This document shows positions 1 through 10,377 of a stretch of DNA of 64,000 bases, in pieces. Both the position numbers and the translations under genes were made by a program. Position 1 is the stretch's first letter, and each line of letters begins with the position of its first letter. The notes under the pieces were generated by a model. That model was not told the origin of the DNA. It searched no databases and saw only the letters and a list, made by a program, of their open reading frames with translations. This DNA comes from an uncultured Bacilli bacterium (GTDB taxonomy: Bacteria > Bacillota_I > Bacilli_A > RF39 > UBA660), in the NCBI GenBank assembly GCA_910580185.1, contig CAJTWC010000002.1:16863-80862 (forward strand), read 5' to 3'.

Positions 1-231
1 ATCTTCAAATATTTTTATATTAACCCCTGCTCTAGTTGTTACTTTAATAAACTCTAAGCCATCTATCCCATAGTCAATAGTACTTAAATCTAAAGCGTCG
101 TGTAACTTAATTAATTTCTTTTTATCCAAAGCAAGCTCTGATTTACCTTCCCTTAAAAAATCATATATTTCACTTAATTGTAGTGTAGTTCTTTGAAACC
201 ATCCACCTATAAAAACCTTTTCTATTCTCAT
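1..231 (-). CDS. Hypothetical protein, C-terminally truncated by the window edge (start at 231, runs off the 5' end of the window)
   Basis: Open frame on the minus strand from ATG at 229-231, preceded by AGGAGAAAG SD; translation MRIEKVFIGGWFQRTTLQLSEIYDF...; no family recognised. Confidence 0.35.
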   Translation of the reverse strand, partial: MRIEKVFIGGWFQRTTLQLSEIYDFLREGKSELALDKKKLIKLHDALDLSTIDYGIDGLEFIKVTTRAGVNIKIFED

Positions 232-258
232 AATACTTTCTCCTACAATATTTTTGTT

Positions 259-699
259 TTATTTTACACTCATTGAGAAAAATCCAGCTTCGTCTAATGC
301 AAATCCATAATTATAATAACAAGCATGCGCTGCAGTTCTTACGTTGTTACTCCATAACTCTACCTTTTTACAACCATGTTCCTTTGAAATCCTAAACGCC
401 TCATCTAACATCTTTGTTGCAATGCCATGTCTTCTATATTCTTTTTTTACACCAACATGATTTAATATTGAATATGTATTCATATTTTCATATATTGTAT
501 GTATTACAGTTATCTTTAAATGTGATACTATTTTACCTTCTGCAATACCTACTATGTAAATCGAATTAGGATCTTTCCTATTTTTTTTATACGTTTTCAT
601 CGCATATTCTAAAGATGTTTCTTCTTCAAAGACTTCATTACAAAGTGCAACTACCTCTGGAATATCTTTTTTCTTCATTTCTCTAAATGTTACTTCCAT
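259..699 (-). CDS. GNAT family N-acetyltransferase
   Basis: 146 aa; acetyl-CoA binding-like segment ...RRHGIATKMLDEAF... and typical GNAT size. Confidence 0.6.
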   Translation of the reverse strand: MEVTFREMKKKDIPEVVALCNEVFEEETSLEYAMKTYKKNRKDPNSIYIVGIAEGKIVSHLKITVIHTIYENMNTYSILNHVGVKKEYRRHGIATKMLDEAFRISKEHGCKKVELWSNNVRTAAHACYYNYGFALDEAGFFSMSVK

Positions 700-900
700 A
701 AATACTTCCCTTTCCTTACCAAAATTATATTTTCATTATCCTATGCCAATAATATCATAGCTAATATTTCCGGTCAACATAAGCAATTATCCACAGTAAA
801 TAATAATGTAAATATAACTTTTTTCATAAAATATAAGAAATAACTTTTTTTTACAATATTTTTTTAATATGGTGGTATTATATAATTAGGAGGAAAAGTT

Positions 901-2280
901 ATGGATAACAAAATACTTAATAAAAAGATTTGTGGATGGAAAAACTTAAGTGAAAATGAAAAAAAAGAAATTATGGATTTTTGTAAAGACTATGTTAATT
1001 TTCTAAATATTGCTAAAACAGAAAGAGAAGCTTCTAATGAAATTATTAGTATGTTAGAAAAAAATGGATATATAAACATTAATGATAAAGAAAAGATAGA
1101 AAATGGTGATAAGGTTTATATGTCTAACAGAGGTAAAAGTATTTATGCTGCTAAAATAGGAAGTAATAAAATAACTGATGGTATAAACTTAATCGGTTCT
1201 CACATAGATTCACCAAGATTAGATTTAAAGCCAAGCCCTTTGTATGAAGATGCTAAATTAGGATTATTTAAAACCCATTACTATGGTGGAATCAAAAAAT
1301 ATCAATGGACAACAATACCTCTTGCAATTCATGGGGTGGTTGTTAAAGCAAATGGTGAGAAAATTGAGATAAACATCGGTGAAAATGACAATGATCCAAT
1401 ATTTACCATAACAGATATATTACCGCATTTAGCTGGAGAACAATATGAAAAGAAAATAGGTAAAGCCATTGAAGGAGAAGATTTAAACCTTCTAGTAGGT
1501 AGTATTCCATCAAATGATGATTCAGTAAAAGAAAACATAATGAATCTAATTAATGAAAAATATGGAATAAATGAAATAGATTTCTATAGTTCAGAGCTTG
1601 AAGTTGTACCAGCTTTCAAAGCTAGAAACCTAGGATTTGATAATAGCATGGTAGCAGGTTATGGACAAGATGACAGGGTTTGTGCGTATGCTTCTGTTAA
1701 AGCTTTATTAGATAGTAATGAAAATGATAAAACAATGGTTGCAATGTTTTCTGATAAAGAGGAAATTGGAAGTGTAGGAAACACCGGGATGTGTTCTGAA
1801 ATGTTTGATTATTTTATAAATGAATTATTAAACAAGAAGAATGAAAATACACCAGGTGCATTAAATAAAACTTATTGTAATTCCATAATGCTTTCGGCAG
1901 ACGTTGGTGCTGGTGTTGATCCAAATTATCAAACAGTATCCGAAAAAAACAATGCTTCATATATCGGATATGGAGTCGAGTTATGTAAATATACGGGTTC
2001 TCGTGGTAAATCTGGTGCATCTGATGCTAATGCTGAGTTCGTTGCAAAAGTAAGAGGTATTTTTGAAAATGCTAATGTTACATATCAAGTATCAGAACTT
2101 GGAAAAGTAGATTTAGGTGGAGGAGGTACGATAGCGTACATCTTAGCAGATAAAGGAATGGACGTTATAGATTGCGGTGTTCCAATAATATCAATGCATT
2201 CACCATACGAAGTATCTAGTAAATATGACATATATTCAGCTTATAAAGGATATAAAGCATTCTTAGAAACCAAAAACTAG
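901..2280 (+). CDS. M18-family aminopeptidase (aminopeptidase 1/ApeA-like)
   Basis: 459 aa; GSHIDSPRLDLKP metal-ligand region and overall length typical of M18 aminopeptidases; strong SD AGGAGG 8 nt upstream. Confidence 0.65.
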   Translation: MDNKILNKKICGWKNLSENEKKEIMDFCKDYVNFLNIAKTEREASNEIISMLEKNGYININDKEKIENGDKVYMSNRGKSIYAAKIGSNKITDGINLIGSHIDSPRLDLKPSPLYEDAKLGLFKTHYYGGIKKYQWTTIPLAIHGVVVKANGEKIEINIGENDNDPIFTITDILPHLAGEQYEKKIGKAIEGEDLNLLVGSIPSNDDSVKENIMNLINEKYGINEIDFYSSELEVVPAFKARNLGFDNSMVAGYGQDDRVCAYASVKALLDSNENDKTMVAMFSDKEEIGSVGNTGMCSEMFDYFINELLNKKNENTPGALNKTYCNSIMLSADVGAGVDPNYQTVSEKNNASYIGYGVELCKYTGSRGKSGASDANAEFVAKVRGIFENANVTYQVSELGKVDLGGGGTIAYILADKGMDVIDCGVPIISMHSPYEVSSKYDIYSAYKGYKAFLETKN

Positions 2281-2301
2281 AAGACCAAAATCTTCTAGTT
2301 T

Positions 2302-2856
2302 TTATATACTTTTTGATATATCCCATACTTTTTTAAATTCAGCAAGTAAACTCATTCCAAGTTTACTATTAGATTTTATAATACTAAATTCTTTTTTAGT
2401 GAAATGCTTTACACTACCATTTTCAAATGTAACAGGTACATAAATAATTAAATCATCAACGATAATTATTCTTTTTGTCTGCTGAAAATCATATTTTCTA
2501 AAGTACTCTAAATTATCATTAAACTTTTCCTTGACCTTTAAAATTATTTTTTCTAAATCATTTTTAAAATTATCATTATCCTGTGCCATATTAAGTATGC
2601 TTTCACTTGATTTGTTGCTTAAAAATAAACACTTAAAATCTATATTATTATCAATTAGTTTTTTTATTTTAGTATTATTTTTAGTAAATAATTTTCTATT
2701 TTTTCTTCCATATATATATAATCTTTCTTTTGCAGAGTTAAGTATTGCATTGTAAAACTCATAACTTTCATACCCAGCATCGAATTTTATCTCGTCTTCT
2801 GTAGTACTTACTGGTTTTATACCTTCTTTTATTAGGTTCGTAATAAGTAAATTCAT
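2302..2856 (-). CDS. Hypothetical protein (184 aa), no recognisable family
   Basis: Intact ORF with RBS; lysine/asparagine-rich, no TM segment. Confidence 0.4.
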   Translation of the reverse strand: MNLLITNLIKEGIKPVSTTEDEIKFDAGYESYEFYNAILNSAKERLYIYGRKNRKLFTKNNTKIKKLIDNNIDFKCLFLSNKSSESILNMAQDNDNFKNDLEKIILKVKEKFNDNLEYFRKYDFQQTKRIIIVDDLIIYVPVTFENGSVKHFTKKEFSIIKSNSKLGMSLLAEFKKVWDISKSI

Positions 2857-2932
2857 ATCATCACCTCATTAAATTATACAAATATAATATCATATTTATA
2901 CAAAAATAGCCATAATAGTAATGGTGATATAT

Positions 2933-3877
2933 ATGAAAATAAGATTAGGATACGTAGCGCTTTCTAAAGCAATGGATAATGTAACCACATCAAGTACGGT
3001 AACATATACTAATTATCTAAATAAAAATTATACTGTGGATAAATTACTTGATATTACAAAAAACAATTTAAAGAATCTAAAAGAGATAATAATTTATAAT
3101 GTTAAAAACAATTATCATTTTTATAGATTGACTTCTAAACTTGTTCCACTAGCAACTCATGATAAAGTAAATTTTGATTATATCACACCTTTAATTATTG
3201 AATATAAAAAAATAGGAAAAATAATAAATGATAACAAAATAAGAGTAGATACCCACCCTGATCAATATGCAGTATTAAACAGTATGGATAAAAGAATAGT
3301 AACTAATACCTTTCAGATTTTAGAATATCATTATAAAGTTTTAAACGCTTTAAACATTAAAAATCCCATAATAATATTACACGTTGGTAGTAGTGCGTGT
3401 GGTAAAAAGGCATCTATTACAAGATTTATAAATAATTTTAATAAACTTCCAAAGCATATACAAAAATGTATTGCTGTGGAAAATGATGATAAGGTTTATA
3501 ACATAAAAGACGTACTTAGTTTATGTAATAAATTAAACATTCCGATGGTATTAGATTATCATCATTACGTATGTAATAATGAAGGTGAAAAAATAGAAGA
3601 CTATATAGAAAAAATAATAAATACTTGGAAAAAGACTACTCCAAAGTTTCATTTTTCGTCGCCTAAAAGCAAATTGAAAAAAGAATTTAGAAGTCATCAT
3701 GATTATATAAACAGTAATGATTTTATAAAGTTTGTAGAAATATTAAAACAATATAACAAAGACGTAGATATAATGTTAGAAGCAAAGGCTAAGGATGATG
3801 CCTTATCAAGGTTAGTTAGGGAATTAAAATATAAAACAAAATATAGATTTATAGATGAATCTACATTTATTGTTTAA
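2933..3877 (+). CDS. uvsE: UV DNA damage endonuclease (UvdE/UvsE family)
   Basis: N-terminus MKIRLGYVALS... and length of about 315 aa typical of UvdE; likely start at internal ATG 2933 with GGTGA SD (ORF track start 2921). Confidence 0.65.
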   Translation: MKIRLGYVALSKAMDNVTTSSTVTYTNYLNKNYTVDKLLDITKNNLKNLKEIIIYNVKNNYHFYRLTSKLVPLATHDKVNFDYITPLIIEYKKIGKIINDNKIRVDTHPDQYAVLNSMDKRIVTNTFQILEYHYKVLNALNIKNPIIILHVGSSACGKKASITRFINNFNKLPKHIQKCIAVENDDKVYNIKDVLSLCNKLNIPMVLDYHHYVCNNEGEKIEDYIEKIINTWKKTTPKFHFSSPKSKLKKEFRSHHDYINSNDFIKFVEILKQYNKDVDIMLEAKAKDDALSRLVRELKYKTKYRFIDESTFIV

Positions 3878-3937
3878 TACATAAGACATTTTAACTGCTT
3901 CTTTTTCCTATAAAGAAATATACTATATTGGAAGGGA

Positions 3938-4123
3938 GTGTTTAATATGTACTATCCTGGATATCCTGGAGGTTATGCATATCCAGTTTATGATAACAAT
4001 AATAATGGTTCAAGCTGGATTTGGATTATAATAGTTGTATTTATATTATTCTTCTTATTCTGGGGCTTTGGCTCAGGAAATAGAAATAACTGTGGATGCG
4101 GTTGCAATAATAACAACTGGTAA
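3938..4123 (+). CDS. YjcZ-like small sporulation membrane protein (Gly/Tyr-rich N-terminus, single TM, Cys-Gly-rich tail)
   Basis: 61 aa; YPGYPGGYAYPVY... then IWIIIVVFILFFLFW TM, then CGCGCNNNNW; GGAAGGGAG SD. Confidence 0.4.
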   Translation: MFNMYYPGYPGGYAYPVYDNNNNGSSWIWIIIVVFILFFLFWGFGSGNRNNCGCGCNNNNW

Positions 4124-4139
4124 TAATAAAAAGGCCAAT

Positions 4140-6074
4140 TTAATTAGCCTTTTTTTGTTTTATAAAATCTCTAACAATGTTTAAAGTAAAGAACACTATT
4201 AATATTACTATTAATACAATTAGTGAATTTGTAAGTAAAGATGTGTTTACCTTAACTAGTGATTCTTTTAATAAATTAATTGAATACGTCATAGGTAAAT
4301 AATTATTCATCCATCTAAATCCTTTAGTTACCGTTTCTATTGGGAATGTTCCTCCTGATGCAGCAAGTTGTAATACTAAAAGAATTAGCGCAATAAACTT
4401 ACCAATATCTTTAAAGTTAGTTATTAAAAACTGGGTTATTGCCATAAACGCATTTCCTATTAAGATAAATGATCCATAGTATAATACATAGTTAGTAACA
4501 TCATAGTCTAAAAATAGATCTAAACATAATGCTAAAACAACTGATGATATTGTAATTAAACCATGGTATGCCAAAGTCTTTTTAACTAATCTATTATCAT
4601 TTATACTAAATACTCCGAATCTTTCCTCTTTATCATAATATAAAACCATAAACATCATTAAGCATCCTACCCATAAACCTACTGATATAAATAATGGTGA
4701 AAATGCAGTACCATAGCTACTTACTTTGTTTACTTCTTTTGTTTCTACATTAACAGGATTACTACTATATTCTGCTAATGTTTCAACCTTTTTAACGCTT
4801 TCTTTTGTATCTAAAGTCTTAGATGATAATTCATCTTTAGCAGAAGAAACACTACTATTTAATGTTAATACACCTTTATTTAATGTATCTGCACCGGTAT
4901 TAAGATTATTAATACCATTTAGTATTTGATTAGAATTTTTATTTAATGCATTAACGCCTTTAGTTAACTCGTTTGTTCCTTTTACTAATGAACTAGAGCC
5001 TGATTTTAATTTATCAACACCTAACTGTAATTCGGATAACTTAGTTTTTAAAGTATTTAACTGTGAAGCATCACCATTAATGCCATCATTTAAACTAGAA
5101 ACCCCAGCTGCAATAGCATTACTCGATGCACTTAATTTTGTACCAATAACATTTATATATTCTGCTAACGTATAATCAGTTGCTGGTATCATTTCATTAT
5201 AATTGTGTAGTACAGAAGTTGAAACTCCTAAATAAGACGGATTAGACAAAGCAAAACTAACTAATGAATTATATGATTGTAACCCACTATTAAAGCTTAT
5301 TTCACTTTCATTTAGTAACATAACTGATTGCCCTAAATATTCTAGACCAGATAAATCTATATTACTTAATGAGTCTTGTAAAGTGCCTAATCCATCATCT
5401 AAGCTTTTAGCACCATTATGTAAACTATTAGCACCACTATTAACACTACTTACCCCATTGTTAAATAAAGTATAATTATTTGCTAACTCACTTGTACCAC
5501 TAGATAACTTTTCACTTCCATCTTTTAACTTGTTAGTACCATCACTTAATTTATCAAATCCATAATTTATAGTATCTAAACTTCCAGGTACTTCTTTTAA
5601 ACTATCAGTTAAACCTTCAACTATTTTGCTATTAACTTCATTATCTAAATTCTTTTCAACCGTTAAAACAACTGTGTTAATAATTTGACTAGATAAATAG
5701 TTAGTTTTTTGATTTGGAGAGTAAGTGATAGTAGCATGTTTTTTGTTATTAGTACTAGCACTTTTTATATCAGCTGTAAAACTTTCTGGAACTTTTATAA
5801 CAGCATAATAAGTTCCTTTACTAAGCCCTTCTTCTGCTGTCTTTTCAGATACAACAGATATTTTTAACTTCTTTGAATCTTTTATTCCATCTATTAAAGA
5901 GTCGCCTTTATCACCAGTATCTTCATTAACTATAGCAACTGGTAAATTATCAATGTTTCCCTTACCATATGGATTCCAATATGCCTTTAAATAAAAGAAA
6001 CTATAAATAAACGGAATAAATAGTATAACAAATAATACTACATACTTAAATTTACTTTTTAATTTTTCTTTCAT
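4140..6074 (-). CDS. YhgE/Pip domain membrane protein (phage infection protein-like, ABC-2 type C-terminal TM bundle)
   Basis: 644 aa; N-terminal TM, then AYWNPYGKGNIDNLPVAIVNEDTG motif, long coiled/repeat region (LKxGxxxL... repeats), C-terminal multi-TM domain. Confidence 0.7.
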   Translation of the reverse strand: MKEKLKSKFKYVVLFVILFIPFIYSFFYLKAYWNPYGKGNIDNLPVAIVNEDTGDKGDSLIDGIKDSKKLKISVVSEKTAEEGLSKGTYYAVIKVPESFTADIKSASTNNKKHATITYSPNQKTNYLSSQIINTVVLTVEKNLDNEVNSKIVEGLTDSLKEVPGSLDTINYGFDKLSDGTNKLKDGSEKLSSGTSELANNYTLFNNGVSSVNSGANSLHNGAKSLDDGLGTLQDSLSNIDLSGLEYLGQSVMLLNESEISFNSGLQSYNSLVSFALSNPSYLGVSTSVLHNYNEMIPATDYTLAEYINVIGTKLSASSNAIAAGVSSLNDGINGDASQLNTLKTKLSELQLGVDKLKSGSSSLVKGTNELTKGVNALNKNSNQILNGINNLNTGADTLNKGVLTLNSSVSSAKDELSSKTLDTKESVKKVETLAEYSSNPVNVETKEVNKVSSYGTAFSPLFISVGLWVGCLMMFMVLYYDKEERFGVFSINDNRLVKKTLAYHGLITISSVVLALCLDLFLDYDVTNYVLYYGSFILIGNAFMAITQFLITNFKDIGKFIALILLVLQLAASGGTFPIETVTKGFRWMNNYLPMTYSINLLKESLVKVNTSLLTNSLIVLIVILIVFFTLNIVRDFIKQKKAN

Positions 6075-6649
6075 TATTCTTCATCCTCTTTCTTAACTAA
6101 TAAACCATCTTTTAAAATTGATATAATTTTGCTGACAAATTTCTTTTCATCTATTTCTTTATCATATTCAAGCATTACTGATATAAATACCTTATATATG
6201 ATAAATGCTGAAAGATGAACATCACACGGTTTTATTGTGTTTTTTTCTATTTCATCACTAATAGCAGTTTCTATATAATTGATTATTTCCTTATCATATA
6301 ATTTACTAAAACTTTCGTATTTATTAGAATTTTCATCTTTAAAATCTTTTATAAGATTAGAAAATAATTTACTATTATTACGATAGGTAATAACCTGATA
6401 TACACCATTACCTAATTTGTTAATAAAAGTATCGTTACTATTTTTTATTTTTTCAACAATTAATCTCATATGCTTTAGTTCTTCATCAATAAAGTACTTA
6501 AACATAGATTCTTTATCTTTAAAATAAGTATAAATTGTTTTTTTAGTAACGTTTGATTCTTTTGCTATCTCATCCATAGATACCTTTTTATATCCATATT
6601 CTGTAAATAGCCTTCTCGCAGTTTCAATTACTTTTTCTTTTTTGTCCAT
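6074..6649 (-). CDS. TetR/AcrR family transcriptional regulator (overlaps downstream YhgE/Pip gene by 1 nt)
   Basis: N-terminal HTH ETARRLFTEYGYKKVSMDEIAKESNVTKKTIYTYF. Confidence 0.8.
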   Translation of the reverse strand: MDKKEKVIETARRLFTEYGYKKVSMDEIAKESNVTKKTIYTYFKDKESMFKYFIDEELKHMRLIVEKIKNSNDTFINKLGNGVYQVITYRNNSKLFSNLIKDFKDENSNKYESFSKLYDKEIINYIETAISDEIEKNTIKPCDVHLSAFIIYKVFISVMLEYDKEIDEKKFVSKIISILKDGLLVKKEDEE

Positions 6650-6735
6650 ATTACACTCCTATACCAATTTGGTTTACCAGTATAGTATATGACTAAAAAC
6701 AAAAAAAGTCAAATAAAATTGACTTTTTATCACAT

Positions 6736-7641
6736 TTAATTATTATTTATATATTTTATTGCCTCTTTTACCGCCACCGCGCCATCTGATACCGCAGTAA
6801 CTAGTTGTCTTACTTCTTTTACCCTGTTATCTCCTGCTACGTATATACCTGCAACATTAGTATTGCAATCTTCTTTTGCAATAACATAGCCAGACTCATC
6901 AAGATTAATAATTTTTGAAAAATTCTGATTTTCTGGAACACGTCCTATCGCAATAAATAAACCTGATACAAGAATCGTACTAGTTTTTTTATTGATATCA
7001 GTGATTTCTATACTTTCTAACTTTTCTTTAGCATTTAATTTTGTAACAATACTATTGTAAATGAATTTGACATTATCTTTTTTCTTTAATTTCTCTATTA
7101 TGGAAGTATCCCCTCTAAACTCATTTCCTCTATGTATAAGATAAACCGTTTTTGCTATATCAGATAAATATAAAGCATCTTCTAACGCTGTATTGCCACC
7201 GCCTTGTACTGCCACATCTTTACCTTTATAAAATGCCCCATCACAAGTAGCACAGTAAGAAACACCTTTGCCTACCAAAGAATCCTCATTTTCTATACCT
7301 AATTTTCTATTTTCAGCACCTGTTGCTAGAATTATAGTTTTAGTTTTATAAGTACTCTTATTAGTTATTACTTCTTTATTAGTATCGTTATCTTTTATAT
7401 CAACTACCTTTTCAAACTTTATTTCTGCTTCTAGCTCTTTTGCTTGATTATATAGTCTAGTAGCAAAATCAAAACCAGATATATGAGGTTCTACTGGGTA
7501 ATTTTCAATATCTAATGTATTAATTATTTGACCACCATAACTTTTAGCTTCCAATACTAATACTTTTTTAGATGCACGCCTTGCATATATTGCAGCAGTT
7601 AAACCAGCTGGTCCAGCTCCTACGATTATAATATCGTACAT
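6736..7641 (-). CDS. trxB: Thioredoxin-disulfide reductase
   Basis: GAGPAG FAD motif, CATCDG redox-active site, 301 aa. Confidence 0.9.
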   Translation of the reverse strand: MYDIIIVGAGPAGLTAAIYARRASKKVLVLEAKSYGGQIINTLDIENYPVEPHISGFDFATRLYNQAKELEAEIKFEKVVDIKDNDTNKEVITNKSTYKTKTIILATGAENRKLGIENEDSLVGKGVSYCATCDGAFYKGKDVAVQGGGNTALEDALYLSDIAKTVYLIHRGNEFRGDTSIIEKLKKKDNVKFIYNSIVTKLNAKEKLESIEITDINKKTSTILVSGLFIAIGRVPENQNFSKIINLDESGYVIAKEDCNTNVAGIYVAGDNRVKEVRQLVTAVSDGAVAVKEAIKYINNN

Positions 7642-7955
7642 TACTTTCCTCCTAATAATTCCTTTATTTCATCCTTTGGTCTAAAACCAATACTTCTATT
7701 TACTTCTTTGCCTTCTTTTATAAGCACCATACATGGTATAGATGATACTCCATATTTAACAGATAATTCCTCTTCCTCATCAACGTTTACTGAAACTATT
7801 TTATAATCATCTGATTCAGATGCTAATTCATCTAATACTGGTCTTACCATTCTACATGGTCCACACCAGTTAGCATTAAAATCAACTAATACTGGAACAT
7901 TAGCCTTAATTACTTCTTCTTCAAAGTTTTCTTTTGTTACATCTACTATTTTCAT
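7641..7955 (-). CDS. trxA: Thioredoxin
   Basis: WCGPC active site, 104 aa; TAATG overlap with trxB. Confidence 0.85.
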   Translation of the reverse strand: MKIVDVTKENFEEEVIKANVPVLVDFNANWCGPCRMVRPVLDELASESDDYKIVSVNVDEEEELSVKYGVSSIPCMVLIKEGKEVNRSIGFRPKDEIKELLGGK

Positions 7956-8032
7956 TATTCATTTTCCTTTCTTTAATTTATTTTTTTACATAATTATCAT
8001 AACATATTTTGATGTATTAAATAAAGTTAAGA

Positions 8033-8920
8033 TTATTTTTTTATATTGTTTTTTAAATTAATATAAGATATCTCTGGGTTATATAATTTATCTAAGAAAT
8101 GAAGTATTTTAGGCGCCACTTCTTGAATTTTAGTTATGCCACCAGTTACTATTAAATTAATTTTTTTACCATCTATAGTCTTAGTTTTAATTCCTCTAGA
8201 AACACTCGGAAATAATTTTTTATGAGGTCCTATAAATCCTATATTCCCCTTCCATATTTTATCCATATAATTAAATAACATACCATTATGCATATGACCT
8301 GATAATATAATATCCATATTTTTTAAGCTTGGTATATTGTTAAACACATTATCATTAAATATGCGCATTGGTGAATGGCATAATAAAATATTAAGTTTGT
8401 TGCTACTGGCATTAGAAATATATTTTTTATAAGATTCTATTAGTATATCCTCATTCTCACGCTTTTTATCATAATAGTATTTATGTGGCAAAACATATCC
8501 TATAAACCTAATACCTTTTTCCTGATAAATTTCGTTATATAAAAATATCACATTTGGTATATTAGATATATCATGTATCCACTTTTTATTTATATTAAAT
8601 TTATGTTTACGTCTTTTTAACATCTTGGTAATATCATGATTACCTAAAGTAAATATAACCTTAGCAATGTTAGATAACTCTTTTAAATATAATATGCTTT
8701 TATCATAAATAGATTTATCATCAAGCATATTAGTACAATCAATATAATCACCACAAATGCATATATAATCTGGTCTTTTTTCTTTTATATCATTAATTAC
8801 CAACTTAACTTTTTCATCACTTGATATATGAGATAAATGAAAGTCTGCCACTAAACAGATTTTTATATCATCCAATATCTTTTTATTATAAATATCATAT
8901 TCTTTTACAATAAGTTTCAT
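8033..8920 (-). CDS. Metallophosphoesterase (calcineurin-like phosphoesterase family)
   Basis: DxH (ADFH), GDYID, GNHD motifs in canonical order. Confidence 0.65.
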   Translation of the reverse strand: MKLIVKEYDIYNKKILDDIKICLVADFHLSHISSDEKVKLVINDIKEKRPDYICICGDYIDCTNMLDDKSIYDKSILYLKELSNIAKVIFTLGNHDITKMLKRRKHKFNINKKWIHDISNIPNVIFLYNEIYQEKGIRFIGYVLPHKYYYDKKRENEDILIESYKKYISNASSNKLNILLCHSPMRIFNDNVFNNIPSLKNMDIILSGHMHNGMLFNYMDKIWKGNIGFIGPHKKLFPSVSRGIKTKTIDGKKINLIVTGGITKIQEVAPKILHFLDKLYNPEISYINLKNNIKK

Positions 8921-9162
8921 AAATCACATTCCTTTAAACTTTAAAATATATAAAATATCATTATAATTATACTTAAATATATACTTAAACTTTCAAAATT
9001 TCCTTTAGTTCATCAATATTACTTATAATTTTAAAATAATCATATATATACTTAGAATTAAAATTTCTTTCAACCATATCATCTATTAAATCACTAGATG
9101 AAGAATATATCACAATTCTCGTATTTTATACCTCCATTTATATTATAATATCTTATATAAAT

Positions 9163-9993
9163 TTATAACGTTATCTTTTTTACCTCATCTGCACTATTTA
9201 ATACACTTAATTGATAAGTTGCGATGTTAGAAAGAAGTTCAAATCTTTCCTCTTTTGTTTTTCCGAGTTTTATTAGTTCTGCATTATGGGATTCCAGGTT
9301 AGACAAAACCGTTAATTCATTAATATTAGCATAATCACGCATGTTCGAGTGTTTAGCTAAATCAGGATTTAGCTTTTTCCATTCTTTTGCGGTGGAATTA
9401 AATATAATAACATTTAATACATCAGCTTCTTCTGCATATTTTAACCAAGATTTATCTTTTTGATAATTAATATTAGGTAATATATAATTTTTTATTGCAT
9501 CAGTATGTATTAAATAATTATTTTTTGTAAGAAGTCTTTTTGTGTTCCATTCTATATTTTTACTTTCTTCATTTTTTAGTCTTTGAAATTCTTTTATTAA
9601 ATATAGTTTAAAAACGGGGCTAATCGCAGAAGCGAATTCAAATGCTATATCTTTATGTGCATATGTTCCACCATATTTTCCTTTTTTTACATAAATACCT
9701 ATGGCATTTGTTCTATTAACCCATTCACTAGGACTTAAAGTAAATGTATGAAGCCCTGCTTCAGTTTTAAAGGCGTCGAATTCGACCCTATTAAACTCTG
9801 GATTATATAACAATTCCCATGTTGATAAAAATTCTAAAGTATATCTATTTCTAATCCAGTTTTTAACAACATCTTTAGCAACTGTATTTCCTCCTTTTGC
9901 TTTTGCTATATCAGAAATACAAATGTAATCCCCATCATTTGAGTTAACAACTGAAATAGGTATGTTTTCTACTGTAATTATATTATTATTCAT
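9163..9993 (-). CDS. KilA-N domain-containing protein
   Basis: N-terminal ...DGDYICISDIAKAKGGN... typical of the KilA-N DNA-binding domain; 276 aa with uncharacterised C-terminal half. Confidence 0.55.
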   Translation of the reverse strand: MNNNIITVENIPISVVNSNDGDYICISDIAKAKGGNTVAKDVVKNWIRNRYTLEFLSTWELLYNPEFNRVEFDAFKTEAGLHTFTLSPSEWVNRTNAIGIYVKKGKYGGTYAHKDIAFEFASAISPVFKLYLIKEFQRLKNEESKNIEWNTKRLLTKNNYLIHTDAIKNYILPNINYQKDKSWLKYAEEADVLNVIIFNSTAKEWKKLNPDLAKHSNMRDYANINELTVLSNLESHNAELIKLGKTKEERFELLSNIATYQLSVLNSADEVKKITL

Positions 9994-10246
9994 TTTTTTC
10001 CTCCTTTATTTTGGTTATTGTTAAAGTATAACCAAATGGTTCTAATATTTTAATTAACGTATTTATTTGTGGATGTTTCTTTCTATTTTCAATAACTGCA
10101 ATCATTTCTCTTATTACTCCTGATTCATCAGCCATTTTTTGTTGACTAAGGCCCAATTCGCCTCTTAATTTTATAAAATCGCAAATTAGGTTATATTCTA
10201 AATCCATTACTCTTTTTTCATCTATTATTTTATTCATAGTAATCAC
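9986..10246 (-). CDS. XRE-family helix-turn-helix transcriptional regulator (overlaps KilA-N gene by 8 nt)
   Basis: LRGELGLSQQKMADESGV...IENRKKHPQINTLIKILEPFG HTH_XRE pattern; the ORF-track start is GTG, the more likely start is internal ATG 10237; near-leaderless. Confidence 0.6.
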   Translation of the reverse strand: MITMNKIIDEKRVMDLEYNLICDFIKLRGELGLSQQKMADESGVIREMIAVIENRKKHPQINTLIKILEPFGYTLTITKIKEEKNE

Positions 10247-10254
10247 CCAACATC

Positions 10255-10283
10255 ATAATATCATGGCATAAACCAGTAGTCAA
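10255..10283 (-). promoter_or_regulatory. Sigma-A type promoter for the XRE/KilA-N operon (TTGACT-17-TATTAT), about 9-18 nt from the start codon (leaderless-like)
   Basis: Minus-strand reading of plus agtcaa (10278-10283) and ataata (10255-10260). Confidence 0.4.
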
Positions 10284-10302
10284 TAAGATACAATAAATAT
10301 CT

Positions 10303-10333
10303 AAAAAAAAACTAATCATAAGAATTAGTTTTA
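10303..10333 (-). terminator. Rho-independent terminator downstream of the HD-domain gene
   Basis: Hairpin aaactaat-cataaga-attagttt followed by a U-run on the minus strand. Confidence 0.5.
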
Positions 10334-10377
10334 CTTACATATTAGCGCTAGTAACATAGTCATTTATAGCTCTCAGA

